A stretch of 64,000 nucleotides of DNA from Polyangiales bacterium (GCA_038231275.1 JBBRLQ010000012.1:64001-128000); one strand, 5' to 3'. Positions 29,508-39,604 are shown, counted from the first letter of the stretch. Made by a program: numbers and translations. The notes: generated by a model not told the origin, from the sequence alone.

Positions 29508-30905
29508 ATGGCGCGTGAATCTACCAAGAACGGGGCCCCTCCGGGCCCGCCCGGGGTGCCCATCCTCGGAAATCTGCTGCAAGGCTGGCGCGATCCGCTC
29601 GGCCTCTTCGTGCGGACCCAGCGCGACTGCGGCGATTTCGCCCGTCTCCGCTTCGGCCCCTACGACTATTACCTCCTGCACGATCCGGTCGACGTGCACC
29701 ACGTCCTCGTCGACAACCACCGCGCCTACACCAAGAGCCGCAACTACGCCGGGCTTAAGCTCGTGCTCGGGCAAGGGCTACTGACGAGCGAGGGGGACTT
29801 CTGGCGCAGCCAGCGCAAGCTCGCGCAGCCGGCGTTCCATCGCCAGAGGATGAGCGGCTTCGTCGACACGATGGCGAAGGACACGGCATCGATGCTCGAG
29901 CGGTGGGCCGACCTCTCCGAGCCCGCAGTCGACGCGCACGCGGAGATGATGCGCCTCACGCTGCGCATCGTCGGCCGAACGCTCTTCAGCACCGACGTCG
30001 ACGGCGAGGCCCCGGCGGTCGGCGCGGCCCTCACCCACGCCCTGGCGTGGACGAACAACTACGTGGAGTCCATCGTCAAGGTGCCCCCGTGGTTGCCGAC
30101 GCCCGAGAACCTGCGCTTCAAGCGGTCCAAGAAGACGCTCGACGATCTCGTCTTCCGCATCCTCGAGACACGGCGGGCGAGCGGAGAGGACCCCGGCGAT
30201 CTCCTGGGAATGCTCATGGCGGTGCGCGACGAAGACACCCGCGAGGGCATGAGCGACAAGCAGCTCCGCGACGAGGTGATGACGCTCGTCGTCGCCGGCC
30301 ACGAGACGACGACGAACCTCCTCGCGTGGGCGTTCTACCTCCTTTCGGAGCATCCCGACGTCGCGCGGCGCCTCAAGACCGAGGTCGACCAGGTCCTCTG
30401 CGGGCGCGTGCCGACGCTGGCGGATCTGCCGCGCCTCGCGTACACGAAGCAGGTCATCGAGGAGTCGCTCCGCCTCTACCCGCCGGCCTGGGTGTTCGAG
30501 CGGCAAGCGGTGGTCGACGACGAGATCAAGGGCTACCGCCTCCCCAAGGGCAGCATCATCGGCATCAGCCCGTGGAGCATCCATCGCTCGCCGAGCCTGT
30601 GGAACGATCCGGAGAGGTTCGATCCCGATCGCTTTCTCCCGGCGCCGGTCGCCGCACGGCCGAAGTTCGCTTACCTGCCCTTCGGCGGAGGTCCGCGCTT
30701 CTGCATCGGGAACGGCTTCGCCATGATGGAGGCGCAGGTCATCGTGGCGATGATCGCGCAGAAGTATTCGCTCGATCTCGTCCCCGGCCACCCGGTCGTG
30801 CCCGATCCGCTGGTGACGCTACGGCCGCGCTTCGGCATGCAGATGATCTTGAACCGAGCGGCGGCGAGCGTGGAGCCGACGGGGGATACGCTGCGAGTCG
30901 CGTGA
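29508..30905 (+). CDS. Cytochrome P450
   Basis: PPGP hinge, AGHETT, EESLR, DPERFDP, FGGGPRFCIG heme motif. Confidence 0.96.
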   Translation: MARESTKNGAPPGPPGVPILGNLLQGWRDPLGLFVRTQRDCGDFARLRFGPYDYYLLHDPVDVHHVLVDNHRAYTKSRNYAGLKLVLGQGLLTSEGDFWRSQRKLAQPAFHRQRMSGFVDTMAKDTASMLERWADLSEPAVDAHAEMMRLTLRIVGRTLFSTDVDGEAPAVGAALTHALAWTNNYVESIVKVPPWLPTPENLRFKRSKKTLDDLVFRILETRRASGEDPGDLLGMLMAVRDEDTREGMSDKQLRDEVMTLVVAGHETTTNLLAWAFYLLSEHPDVARRLKTEVDQVLCGRVPTLADLPRLAYTKQVIEESLRLYPPAWVFERQAVVDDEIKGYRLPKGSIIGISPWSIHRSPSLWNDPERFDPDRFLPAPVAARPKFAYLPFGGGPRFCIGNGFAMMEAQVIVAMIAQKYSLDLVPGHPVVPDPLVTLRPRFGMQMILNRAAASVEPTGDTLRVA

Positions 30906-30937
30906 TACCGTGCCTCGGAGAGGAGGTGGATGCGGCG

Positions 30938-31552
30938 ATGCGGTTCGGGCCCGACTACCGCGAGACCCACACGCTCAAGGACGGCACCCAGGTCACCCTG
31001 CGGATGATCCGTCCGAGCGACAGGAGCTCCCTCAAGAGCGGGATCGCGCGGCTGTCTCCCGAGTCGCGCTACCGCCGCTTCTTCGCGCAGCTCGGCGAGC
31101 CCACCGACGACATGCTCGACTACCTCACCAACGTCGACGGCAAAGACCACGTCGCGATCGTCGCCGAGCGCGACTCACTCGACTTGAAGACGGTCGAGCC
31201 GCTCGGCGTCGCGCGTTTCATCCGCTTGCCGACGGCGCCGAACGTGGCGGAGGCGGCGGTCACCGTCGGCGACTGGTTCCATCACCGCGGCCTCGGCAAG
31301 CTCTTGTCGGCCACGATGGCGGAGGCCGCGGTGGAGCGCGGGATCACGAAGTTCCGTGGTGAGGTGCTCGCGACGAACGCGCCGATGCGCCACCTCCTCG
31401 AGGAGATCGGCGCCGAGCAAGTGGGCGGCAGCGATGGCACCGTCGCGTTCGATGTCTCGCTCACCGACGGCACCGAGCCACGGGGGCGGCTCGAGCGCGT
31501 GATCCGCGCGGCCGGCGAGCAGATGTTCGACTACCTGCGCCACTTCATCTGA
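30938..31552 (+). CDS. GNAT N-acetyltransferase
   Basis: LSPESRYRRFF, GVARF, AEAAVTV..HRGLGK, TNAPM; GGAGG RBS. Confidence 0.88.
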   Translation: MRFGPDYRETHTLKDGTQVTLRMIRPSDRSSLKSGIARLSPESRYRRFFAQLGEPTDDMLDYLTNVDGKDHVAIVAERDSLDLKTVEPLGVARFIRLPTAPNVAEAAVTVGDWFHHRGLGKLLSATMAEAAVERGITKFRGEVLATNAPMRHLLEEIGAEQVGGSDGTVAFDVSLTDGTEPRGRLERVIRAAGEQMFDYLRHFI

Positions 31553-31594
31553 AGAGCGCAGGCAGGACCGCCGACCGGCGAAGACGATACGTCG

Positions 31595-32965
31595 TCAGTT
31601 CTTGACGACACCGGCCCATACCGGCGTGTGCTCGCCGTTGATGTCCGCGGTGACGACGAACGACTCGTACTTGCTCGTGCCGGTGGAGTTCACGGTGATG
31701 GTGAGCTTCAGCACGTCGCCGTTCACGCCGGTCGTCTTGTTCCACGCGAAGCCCAGCGACGTCTCGCCGCGGTGCTGCTTCGCCGCGACGGTGAACGGCG
31801 CGGTCGGCGCCGTGCTCCACAGTTTCACGTCGACCGTCTTCGACTGTCCCTGGCCGATCGTGATGCCGGGGCCCGAGCCCGAGCCCGGGATGTTGATCGT
31901 CTCCGGCATGATGGGCGCCGCGGCGATGTACGGCTGATCCGGCAGTACCGGCAGGCACGGGTCGAGGTTGCCGGCGGCCGCCGCCTTGTTCGACCACCCG
32001 CGCGACAAGAGGTAGGGGTACGTCCCCCCCGGGCGCCAGAACGAATGGGTGACGGCGCAGAGATCCCCATTCTCCTCGTTGCCCTGGAGGAACACATCGA
32101 GGGGCATCTGATCGATCGTCGCGTAGCCGTCGCCCGGGACTGTGTCGGTCACCGCCTCGATGATCTCGTGGCTGCCGGCGACCGTGACCATGTCGAGCGA
32201 GTTGGTGATCGTCGGCCCGAAGTTGTCGCACTCGGCGATGACGCCGTACGCCACCGTGGCGCCGTTCCCGGCCTGCAGCGAGTCGTGGTAGCCGCCGTAC
32301 CCTACGCCGTTCTGCGCCGGATCGGAGCACGATCCGCCGAGGTTCGTCGTCTTGGGGTAGTAGATCTGGTACATGTGCTGGTCGGTCGGCGTTCCGAACT
32401 CCGGATGCGTGCCGTCCAGCTTCTTGGTGAGCCACGCGACGATCGGTCCTCCGTTGATCGACGCAGGCGCCGCCTCCGTGAGATCCACGGGCGTGCCGTA
32501 CGTGTACGCGCCGATCCCGTACTCGCTGACGGCGTCATTCCAGTACGTGGCGATGGTGCCCAGCTTCGAGAGCTGCTCCTTCACCTGCGCGGTGTGGTCG
32601 TAGCCCGGGAAGAAGATCGGAATGATGATCGGCGCAGTCAAGACGCCGGCGCCCGCCTTGCCGCGGACGAGCAGCGGAAACGGAGGGTGGGACGCGACCT
32701 GGAAGGCGGCGTCGCCACCGCCCGAGTCATTCCCTGCGTCGCCGCCGCCGGAGTCTCCGCCCGTGTTGCCCGAGTCATCTCCGGCGCCCGTGTCGCTGCC
32801 GGACGAGCCCCCGTCGCCGAGCGGTTGAATCGCGCCGGTGTCGATGCCGCCGGACGACGCGTCGGACGTGTTGTCCGGCGTCGCACCCCCGGAGTCGCTG
32901 CTGCTTCCGCACGCGACGATGGCGGCGGTGACGAAGAGGGAGCCGAAAAGGACGAGGGCGCGCAT
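31595..32965 (-). CDS. Lipoprotein with HExxE motif (Phi-1/EXORDIUM-like domain suspected)
   Basis: GGAGG RBS; lipobox IVAC; DGG linker; YGGYH..SHEIIEAVTD..ENGDLC. Confidence 0.78.
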   Translation of the reverse strand: MRALVLFGSLFVTAAIVACGSSSDSGGATPDNTSDASSGGIDTGAIQPLGDGGSSGSDTGAGDDSGNTGGDSGGGDAGNDSGGGDAAFQVASHPPFPLLVRGKAGAGVLTAPIIIPIFFPGYDHTAQVKEQLSKLGTIATYWNDAVSEYGIGAYTYGTPVDLTEAAPASINGGPIVAWLTKKLDGTHPEFGTPTDQHMYQIYYPKTTNLGGSCSDPAQNGVGYGGYHDSLQAGNGATVAYGVIAECDNFGPTITNSLDMVTVAGSHEIIEAVTDTVPGDGYATIDQMPLDVFLQGNEENGDLCAVTHSFWRPGGTYPYLLSRGWSNKAAAAGNLDPCLPVLPDQPYIAAAPIMPETINIPGSGSGPGITIGQGQSKTVDVKLWSTAPTAPFTVAAKQHRGETSLGFAWNKTTGVNGDVLKLTITVNSTGTSKYESFVVTADINGEHTPVWAGVVKN

Positions 32966-33001
32966 GAAGAAACCTCCGCTACGGGCTGGGTCGCCCTCGA
33001 C

Positions 33002-33026
33002 ATACGACGAAAAGGGCGCCTGTTCC
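33002..33026 (-). promoter_or_regulatory. Possible ECF sigma promoter (GGAAC-N15-CGTAT)
   Basis: Motif about 40 nt upstream of ATG 32965. Confidence 0.35.
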
Positions 33027-33101
33027 CGCACTATTCGGCCCGGCGCCGCCAATTGCGCGGACAGCGGCGGATTCGCGCCTCACTGCACGCGGTGCGCGGT
33101 G

Positions 33102-33875
33102 TTAGGCCGCGCTCGGACGTTCGTGCACGAGGAGGTTAGGGTCGCCAGGCAGCACCGCGAGCCCCAGCGTAACCACTCGCGCGCCCCTCTCGGCCTCGCC
33201 GGCGGCGGCGTGCTCGCCCGCGGCCTTCACGATCGGTCCCGTGAGACGCCCCAGCTGCGCGCGCGTCAAAGGAACACCGACGAGCGCGTCGCCGATCGCC
33301 GTTGCGTCGCGCAGGAGGTCGACGAACGGCTCCTCCGCGCCGACGCGGACGAAGAGCGCGTCGAGGGAAGCTCGCGCGCGACGGACCGCGTCGTCGGGCA
33401 CCACGATCGCGTCCCCCCGCATCGCCCGCGCGATGCCGAGCACCGTGCGATGCCCCACGAGCGAGGTCGGCGCGCCGAGAGCATCCTCGTCCTTCCGCCA
33501 ACTCGCTGCGTCCATGTCGAGCCGCCGCGCGAGCACGTCGCCGGGGTAGAGGACGAAGTCGAGCGTCGCCACGCCGTCGGGGCACGTCGTGATCACGCGA
33601 TGGCGACCGCTCGGGACACCCGCGAAGCCGCGCACGGGACTCGCGGCGTACCTCGGCCAGTCTTCCTTCAGCCCGTCGAACGCGCACGCGCTCCACACGT
33701 TGTCGCGCAGGAGCACGCTCCCCGTGCCCGCCTCGGCCGCCGCGTCGGCCCCCTCGCCGTTCTCGTCGCCAACCTCGGACGATGCACGCACGCCATCCTT
33801 CCGCGCGCCGGTGACGTAGAGCCACAGAAGCGCGACGGCGAGGAGGCCGACGACGAGGAGGGCCGCGGAGAGCAC
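33102..33875 (-). CDS. Hypothetical membrane-anchored protein
   Basis: N-terminal TM segment; follows upstream gene by 10 bp. Confidence 0.65.
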   Translation of the reverse strand: MLSAALLVVGLLAVALLWLYVTGARKDGVRASSEVGDENGEGADAAAEAGTGSVLLRDNVWSACAFDGLKEDWPRYAASPVRGFAGVPSGRHRVITTCPDGVATLDFVLYPGDVLARRLDMDAASWRKDEDALGAPTSLVGHRTVLGIARAMRGDAIVVPDDAVRRARASLDALFVRVGAEEPFVDLLRDATAIGDALVGVPLTRAQLGRLTGPIVKAAGEHAAAGEAERGARVVTLGLAVLPGDPNLLVHERPSAA

Positions 33876-33885
33876 TCCCGCGAGC

Positions 33886-35394
33886 TTACTCCGAGGGCGG
33901 CTTGGCCGCTTTGGCTGCCGCGGGGGCGACGAAGCTCTGGGGGCCGTCGTCGGGGGACCACGTGAGAAAGTGCGCCGTCGGACCGGTCTCGCCGCGGTCG
34001 ATCACGAGGTGCGTGCGCGCCGCGCGGACTCGCATGCTCGCGCGCTCCCCTTCGGCTTCTTCTTCGGCCCACGAGCCCACGTTGATGTACGTCGTCGCCT
34101 GCGAGACTGGAACACGGAGCGGCACGTGCGTGTGCCCCATCACCACGAACGCGGCCGGGAACAAGCGCGAGAGGTGCGCCGCGCGTTCGACCAGGAACTC
34201 GTCGGGATCCACCTTGCGGCGCGACGACAGGTACCGATGCGAGAGGAGCCACGCGACGGCGATGCACGCGCCCGCGTACCAGAAGTTGTGGTGGCGAACG
34301 CCGGCGACGAGCGCCGTCACGACGAGGGCCAGCGAGCACGCCATCGCCACCGCGAGCCGGTCGAGCAGCACGCTCGCGAGGATGCCGCCGATCGACGCGG
34401 TGACGGGCGGGACCTGGAGCGCCGCGAGCGCGCGCAGGCGATCCAAGCCGATGCGCGTCGCCACCGCCAAGAGCCCCATGCGCCGATCGTGCTCCTCGCG
34501 CAGCGCGCGCGCCGGCTCGAGGAAGTACTCGCTGCGCACGCGGAACAGCTCCCGCACGGCGTAGACGAAGCGGACGAGCAGCCGCACGCCGCCGCGCAGT
34601 CCGAGGCGCGTCCCCAGCTGCACGTAGTCGACGAGACCCATCTTGTCGTGCCCGTGCTCGCGCAGGCCTCGCGTCTGCCGCACCACGAAGCGCAGGAGCA
34701 CGTCGCAGAACCCGCGGCGAATGCGGCGCGGATCGGCGGGAGAGAGCGGCGCCATGAACGTCGGCGTCGCGCAGAACTCGTCGTACTGGTGGCCGTGCTC
34801 GATGTACGCGAGGTTCTCGTCGTAGAAAAACCACTCGTTGAACGCGATGCGATCGGCGAAAGCGACCGGATCGACCTCGGCCCGGCGCGCGGCGGTCCAG
34901 AGCTGCTCTTTGATCTCCGCCTTCACGTCGTCCCAATAGAGCTCGAGGTCGTGGTTGCCGTGCACGAACGTGAGCGCGTGACCGTCGGCGACGAAGGTCG
35001 CGAGCTCGTGGAACACGTCGGCGTGCCGAGCCGCGACGCGCTTCACCTTCACCCGCGCGTGATCGGAGGCGTTTCCGAGCCCGTGCTCCTTCTCCTCTTC
35101 GCTCGGCGCGGTCGACAGCTCGTCCGCGCGCGGCCGGATCGCCATGCCGATGAAGTCGATGAAGTCGCCGGCGACGACGATGCGCCACCTGCTCCCTTTG
35201 GGCGGCGTCTTTCGGTAATGGGCGAGGAGCGCGACGAGGTCCCGATCGATCGAGGGCGAGCGGCGAATGCCAGGCAGCGGATGCTCGTTCAGATCGCTAC
35301 CAAGGTGCACGTCGCTGAACACCAGCAGGCTCTCCCCGGTAGAAGGAAAATTTGGGCTTGGAACGTTTTCTCCCACGCTTAACTTCTGAGCCAC
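33886..35394 (-). CDS. Metallophosphoesterase (LpxH-like) with inserted TM hairpin
   Basis: FSDVH, AGDFID, HGNHD, EHGH, MGHTH, INVGSW. Confidence 0.85.
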   Translation of the reverse strand: MAQKLSVGENVPSPNFPSTGESLLVFSDVHLGSDLNEHPLPGIRRSPSIDRDLVALLAHYRKTPPKGSRWRIVVAGDFIDFIGMAIRPRADELSTAPSEEEKEHGLGNASDHARVKVKRVAARHADVFHELATFVADGHALTFVHGNHDLELYWDDVKAEIKEQLWTAARRAEVDPVAFADRIAFNEWFFYDENLAYIEHGHQYDEFCATPTFMAPLSPADPRRIRRGFCDVLLRFVVRQTRGLREHGHDKMGLVDYVQLGTRLGLRGGVRLLVRFVYAVRELFRVRSEYFLEPARALREEHDRRMGLLAVATRIGLDRLRALAALQVPPVTASIGGILASVLLDRLAVAMACSLALVVTALVAGVRHHNFWYAGACIAVAWLLSHRYLSSRRKVDPDEFLVERAAHLSRLFPAAFVVMGHTHVPLRVPVSQATTYINVGSWAEEEAEGERASMRVRAARTHLVIDRGETGPTAHFLTWSPDDGPQSFVAPAAAKAAKPPSE

Positions 35395-35514
35395 GTTCGG
35401 GGGTACGGCAAGGTTCCAAGGGTCATAAGCCTGTCAGCCCCGCCGCGACGCGATCGGCGCTGCGAACGAACGCGGCGCGCTGCGTCACGGCGGGGGACGG
35501 GTTACACTGTCTCC

Positions 35515-36639
35515 ATGGCGCAGAAGGAGGGGCCCGTGCTTGACGCGATGGCGAGCGCCCCCGCGCCCGGCCGCCGCGGCCCCCTCGACAAAGTCCGCCA
35601 GTTCTTGCGGAAAAACGGCAAGCGCCTTTGGTGGCTCCACTCGGTCTACGCGCTCGGCCTTGGCACGACGGTCGTGGTGTTCGCGCAGAAGGGCTTCGAT
35701 CACGCGCGCTGGCTGGCCATCTCGCTCAGCCTGGCGTGGCTCCTGGTCGTTCTCTTTTTCCGCATCTTCGGGAGCGGCGCGCGGCAGGAGAACGTCGAAT
35801 ACGCCCACGCGCATGTGCGTCTGCGCTTCTTCGCGATGACGTACGTGCTGAAAAATCTCTACCAGGGGATGCTCTTCTTCCTCCTCCCCTTCTACTGGAA
35901 GAGTACGACGCTCGGCGATCGCAACTCGTGGTTCATCGCCGCGCTCGCGGCGTGCGCGCTCCTCTCGACGCTCGACATCGTCTTCGACCGCGTCCTGATG
36001 AAGTGGCGCGTGCTCGCGTCGATGTTCCACGGCCTGACGCTCTTCGGGTGCCTGAACCTCGTCATCCCCGCGCTCTTTCCGGACACGCAGACGCTCACGT
36101 CGCTCCTCTTCGCGGCGGGCATCACTGTCGTGTTCTTCTGGACGCTGCACGTTCCGCTCTCCGCGCTGAAGAAGAAATGGGTCATCGCGCTCTTCTTCGC
36201 GTCGCTCGCGGCCGGGACGAGCGGCGTCTACTTCGCGCGTCGCGGCATCCCGCCGGTCCCGATGCACGTGCACTACGCCGCCGTCGGTCCCCAGGTCACC
36301 AAAGACGGACGCCTCGCGATGGAAGTGAGGACGCTCCACTCCTCGGTCATCCACGAGCTCATTTGCGTCACCGACGTGGTCGTCCCCGGCGGCCACGGCG
36401 ACACGCTCCACCATGTGTGGCGAAAAGACGGGAGCGAGGTCGAGCGCTGGGGGGAGGACACGTCGCGCGTAGCCGATCCGGGAGCCGCCGGAGCCGCGAC
36501 GCCGAAGGGGATCGTCCGCCTGCGCTCGACGCTGCAGAAGAAGGATTTGCCCGCAAATTTGGCCGGATCGTGGTCGGTCGACGTCGAGACCGACGACGGC
36601 CAGCTCGTCGGCCGCGCGACGTTCCAGGTCGTCGACTGA
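35515..36639 (+). CDS. Polytopic membrane protein with C-terminal DUF2914-like domain
   Basis: About 7 TM segments; FFLLPFYWKS; HHVWRKDG..GSWSVDVETDDGQLVGRATF. Confidence 0.75.
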   Translation: MAQKEGPVLDAMASAPAPGRRGPLDKVRQFLRKNGKRLWWLHSVYALGLGTTVVVFAQKGFDHARWLAISLSLAWLLVVLFFRIFGSGARQENVEYAHAHVRLRFFAMTYVLKNLYQGMLFFLLPFYWKSTTLGDRNSWFIAALAACALLSTLDIVFDRVLMKWRVLASMFHGLTLFGCLNLVIPALFPDTQTLTSLLFAAGITVVFFWTLHVPLSALKKKWVIALFFASLAAGTSGVYFARRGIPPVPMHVHYAAVGPQVTKDGRLAMEVRTLHSSVIHELICVTDVVVPGGHGDTLHHVWRKDGSEVERWGEDTSRVADPGAAGAATPKGIVRLRSTLQKKDLPANLAGSWSVDVETDDGQLVGRATFQVVD

Positions 36640-36694
36640 GGGACTTCGACCCATAGGAAGGTATCCGGACGCGAGGCCGTATACCCGGCCGGCC

Positions 36695-37375
36695 ATGAGG
36701 ACGGACGAATCAAGCGTCGAGCTCGAAGAGGATCTCGAAAGAGACCTCGCCGAGACGTACGACCCGGAGCAAGGGATGCGTCCGAAGCAGCACTCGTTCG
36801 TACGCATGTGCCTCGAGGATCCGTTCGACGACGATCCGGTCTACTCCGAGCCGCCGACGCTGCGCCCGACCAGCGCCCCGCACCGCGCGACGCTCGCCAA
36901 CGATCAGCTCAATTTCACGGTGAACCTGCTCCACCTCGCGCGCCTGCTTCAGGCGGAGCCCGTGGGCCTGTTGACCGTCGCGGCGTCGCGAAAAATCGCG
37001 GCCCGCCTCGGCGATCTCGAGGACGTGCGCGAGGCGATCGACGCCGTGCTCGCCGTCCGGGACGCGCGCCTCGAGCGCATGCTCGGGTCGGGGGCCGCCC
37101 TCTCGGCGTATCTGAAGGGGCTCTATCTTTACGTCGAGGGGATCGTCGAGACGCTGGAGGAGGCGCTGTCCGGGCTCGCGTCGATCGACGGCGCTGCGCT
37201 GCGATTTCGGCTTGCCGCGGCCTCGCAGTTCTATTTCGACGGCCTGATGCACGCGATCCGCTTCGATCTCGCGCAGAGCGAAGGGCGCGAAGGAGCGGAG
37301 GCGCGCGGCGCGACCGAGGAGCTCTTCTTCGCGGCGACGTTCCTCCACGAGCAGATCCTGAACGCCGTGCGCTGA
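36695..37375 (+). CDS. Hypothetical helical protein
   Basis: Acidic N-terminus and helical body; sensible codon usage. Confidence 0.65.
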   Translation: MRTDESSVELEEDLERDLAETYDPEQGMRPKQHSFVRMCLEDPFDDDPVYSEPPTLRPTSAPHRATLANDQLNFTVNLLHLARLLQAEPVGLLTVAASRKIAARLGDLEDVREAIDAVLAVRDARLERMLGSGAALSAYLKGLYLYVEGIVETLEEALSGLASIDGAALRFRLAAASQFYFDGLMHAIRFDLAQSEGREGAEARGATEELFFAATFLHEQILNAVR

Positions 37376-37482
37376 GGGGTCGGGCACGGGTACGAGATGG
37401 GCACGAGGCGGGACGGGCACGATGTGGCACATGTGGCACATCACCAACGGCGTAAGCGACTGATTTCCCCTGAAGAGTTGGC

Positions 37483-37498
37483 TGGTGCGCCGCGTGCT
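37483..37498 (+). promoter_or_regulatory. Possible sigma-54 promoter
   Basis: TGGTGCGCCGCGTGCT (GG-N10-GC); upstream ATGTGGCACATGTGGCACAT at 37422-37441. Confidence 0.45.
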
Positions 37499-37513
37499 TA
37501 GGCGGCGAGCATC

Positions 37514-38626
37514 ATGAAGCTTCGTCCTTGCACACTCGCCTTCGTTCTCTTCGCGACGCCGCTCGCTGCGTGCTCTTCTTCTTCGTCGTCGTCGTCACCC
37601 ACGAACGCGGACGCGGGCGACGGCGGGCCTACTCCCCTGCCCGATGGCGGTCCGACGCCCGCTCCGACGCCGCCGTATCCGAGCGACGACTCGACTGTGC
37701 TCGTCATCGGGCTCGACGCCGAGGATTTCCGGCAGACGCTCGGGATGGATCTCCAGAAGGTTCGCGTGCGGACGACGGTTGATGGACAACCGGCGACCGA
37801 GGAGACGATCGATCTGAGGGCGGGGAGCTCGCTGCCGCACGAGACGACCCTCAAGGCGCCGAAGGCGAAGAAGGACGCGCCCGTCGAGATCACCGTGGAG
37901 GGCTTCATCCCCGCGGACACGTCGCAGCCCCCGCCGGCGAGCGGTTGGCCCGCCAACGTCGTGCGGCACGCGACGACGAAGTTCGTGCCGAATGACACGC
38001 GCGTGCTCCCGATCCGGCTCGAGGCGCGCTGCGCGTCGGTGGCGCCGCCGCTGCTCGGAGGGAGCTTCTTCCTCGGCCCAACGTGCGACGCGCCGACGAC
38101 CTGCATCGCCGACAAGTGTCAGCCCGACGCGATCGATCCCGCCTCGCTGCCGAAGTACACGAAGACCTGGGACGTCGACATGCCCGACGCCTGCCGCGCA
38201 AGCGCGCCGAGCCTTACCATCGGCGGCGGCGAGACCGACTTCGCGCCGGTCGCCGACGGCGCGACGGTGCAGATCGTAGAAGGCGGCCAGTGCGGCCACC
38301 ACGTGTGGATCGGCGTGAAGATGGCCGGCATGCGGCAGTACGGGACGACGACCACGATCACCTCGGTCGTTCCGAGCACCGCGCTCGCCGGCCCATCCAG
38401 CACCTTCTCGTTCGCGTACGGAGACGCCGGCGGAGGCGCGTGCGAGATCGGTGGCCTCCGCTACCAGCTCGAAGGCGCGACCGGCGGGACGTGGAAGGAT
38501 TTCCTGGGAAAACCCCTGGATCTCACGGTCAAGGTGACCGACCCCACGACCGGCAAATCCAGCACGGGCACGCTCCACGTGAACGTCGACGTGACGTATC
38601 AGAAGGGCGGACGCCCCTGCGGCTGA
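37514..38626 (+). CDS. Lipoprotein, hypothetical (Cys pairs, beta-rich)
   Basis: Lipobox PLAAC; poly-Ser/DAG linker; GGQCGHHVW. Confidence 0.75.
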   Translation: MKLRPCTLAFVLFATPLAACSSSSSSSSPTNADAGDGGPTPLPDGGPTPAPTPPYPSDDSTVLVIGLDAEDFRQTLGMDLQKVRVRTTVDGQPATEETIDLRAGSSLPHETTLKAPKAKKDAPVEITVEGFIPADTSQPPPASGWPANVVRHATTKFVPNDTRVLPIRLEARCASVAPPLLGGSFFLGPTCDAPTTCIADKCQPDAIDPASLPKYTKTWDVDMPDACRASAPSLTIGGGETDFAPVADGATVQIVEGGQCGHHVWIGVKMAGMRQYGTTTTITSVVPSTALAGPSSTFSFAYGDAGGGACEIGGLRYQLEGATGGTWKDFLGKPLDLTVKVTDPTTGKSSTGTLHVNVDVTYQKGGRPCG

Positions 38627-38683
38627 TGCATCCGCGCGCCGACCGTCAGGAGCGTTTCGCTCCGCTACGCTTCGCTCGACTCA

Positions 38684-39583
38684 TCACTGGCCGACGCAGT
38701 AGATGTGCAGCGTCGGGCACCACGGATCGCTCACGCTGACGGTCGCCTTGGGGGTCGGGATCGCGAGCGACGCGCCGCCGGGGCAGATCTCGGTCGCGTC
38801 CTCGCCGGTGGCAATCATGCCGGCGAGCGAGCTCCGGAACGCCACGCGGGTCGTGTCGTTGTTCCAGCGCGCGTCGTGTCCGTCGAAGTTCTTCCATTCG
38901 TGGAGGAAGCCGCACGCGTTGGCGCGCGTGGGGTTGTGCGTGCTCACCTGTGACGCGACGCTCAGGTGGCTCGGATCGATCGAGCTGGCGCGGAGCGCGT
39001 CGCGGAACGTTCGCACTGCCAAGTCGGTTTCTTCGCGCGCGCACTGGAGCGCTTCGGGCGTGCTGTCCGGATCCTCGCCGCTCGAGATGCACCAGTCGCG
39101 GATGCTGTACCAGGCGTGCTGCGGGTTGCTCATCCCGTGGTGCGCGCAGTTGTCTTGGATCGTGTGGAGCGAGCGCCCCAGCGCCTTTGCGAGCTTGTCG
39201 ACGGATGCGCCATCAGGGATGCCTTCGCCCATGATCTGATGCATCTCGCCGCCGAGCGAGTGGAGCCGCGTCTGCACGGCCAACGCCGCCTCGCATTGCG
39301 ACTGACCTGCCTCGGGCTGCGAGTGCGCGGCGAGCGTGGTCCACTCGTCGTGATCGACGTTGAACGCCTCGGCCTGCACGCGGCTACAGAAGCTCTCGCC
39401 GAGCCCGTGCGAGCGGCACGCGGCGCCCGTGATTGCGCTGTGGTCCTTCGTCTTGAGCGGATCCTGCGTCTGGCTCGGCGGATCCGCGACGGGCTCGACG
39501 GCGCACCCGACGGTGAGGCCGGCGGACGCGAGGACGAGGACGGCGACGTGCGAAACGACGGCAGCGAGGGAGCGACGGCTCAT
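38684..39583 (-). CDS. Lipoprotein with Zn-dependent phospholipase C / Het-C-like motifs
   Basis: GGAGG RBS; lipobox TVGC; DHSAIT, AAHSQ, LGRSLHTIQDNCAH. Confidence 0.72.
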   Translation of the reverse strand: MSRRSLAAVVSHVAVLVLASAGLTVGCAVEPVADPPSQTQDPLKTKDHSAITGAACRSHGLGESFCSRVQAEAFNVDHDEWTTLAAHSQPEAGQSQCEAALAVQTRLHSLGGEMHQIMGEGIPDGASVDKLAKALGRSLHTIQDNCAHHGMSNPQHAWYSIRDWCISSGEDPDSTPEALQCAREETDLAVRTFRDALRASSIDPSHLSVASQVSTHNPTRANACGFLHEWKNFDGHDARWNNDTTRVAFRSSLAGMIATGEDATEICPGGASLAIPTPKATVSVSDPWCPTLHIYCVGQ

Positions 39584-39604
39584 GACGGCCTCCAGGCGGA
39601 AGGG

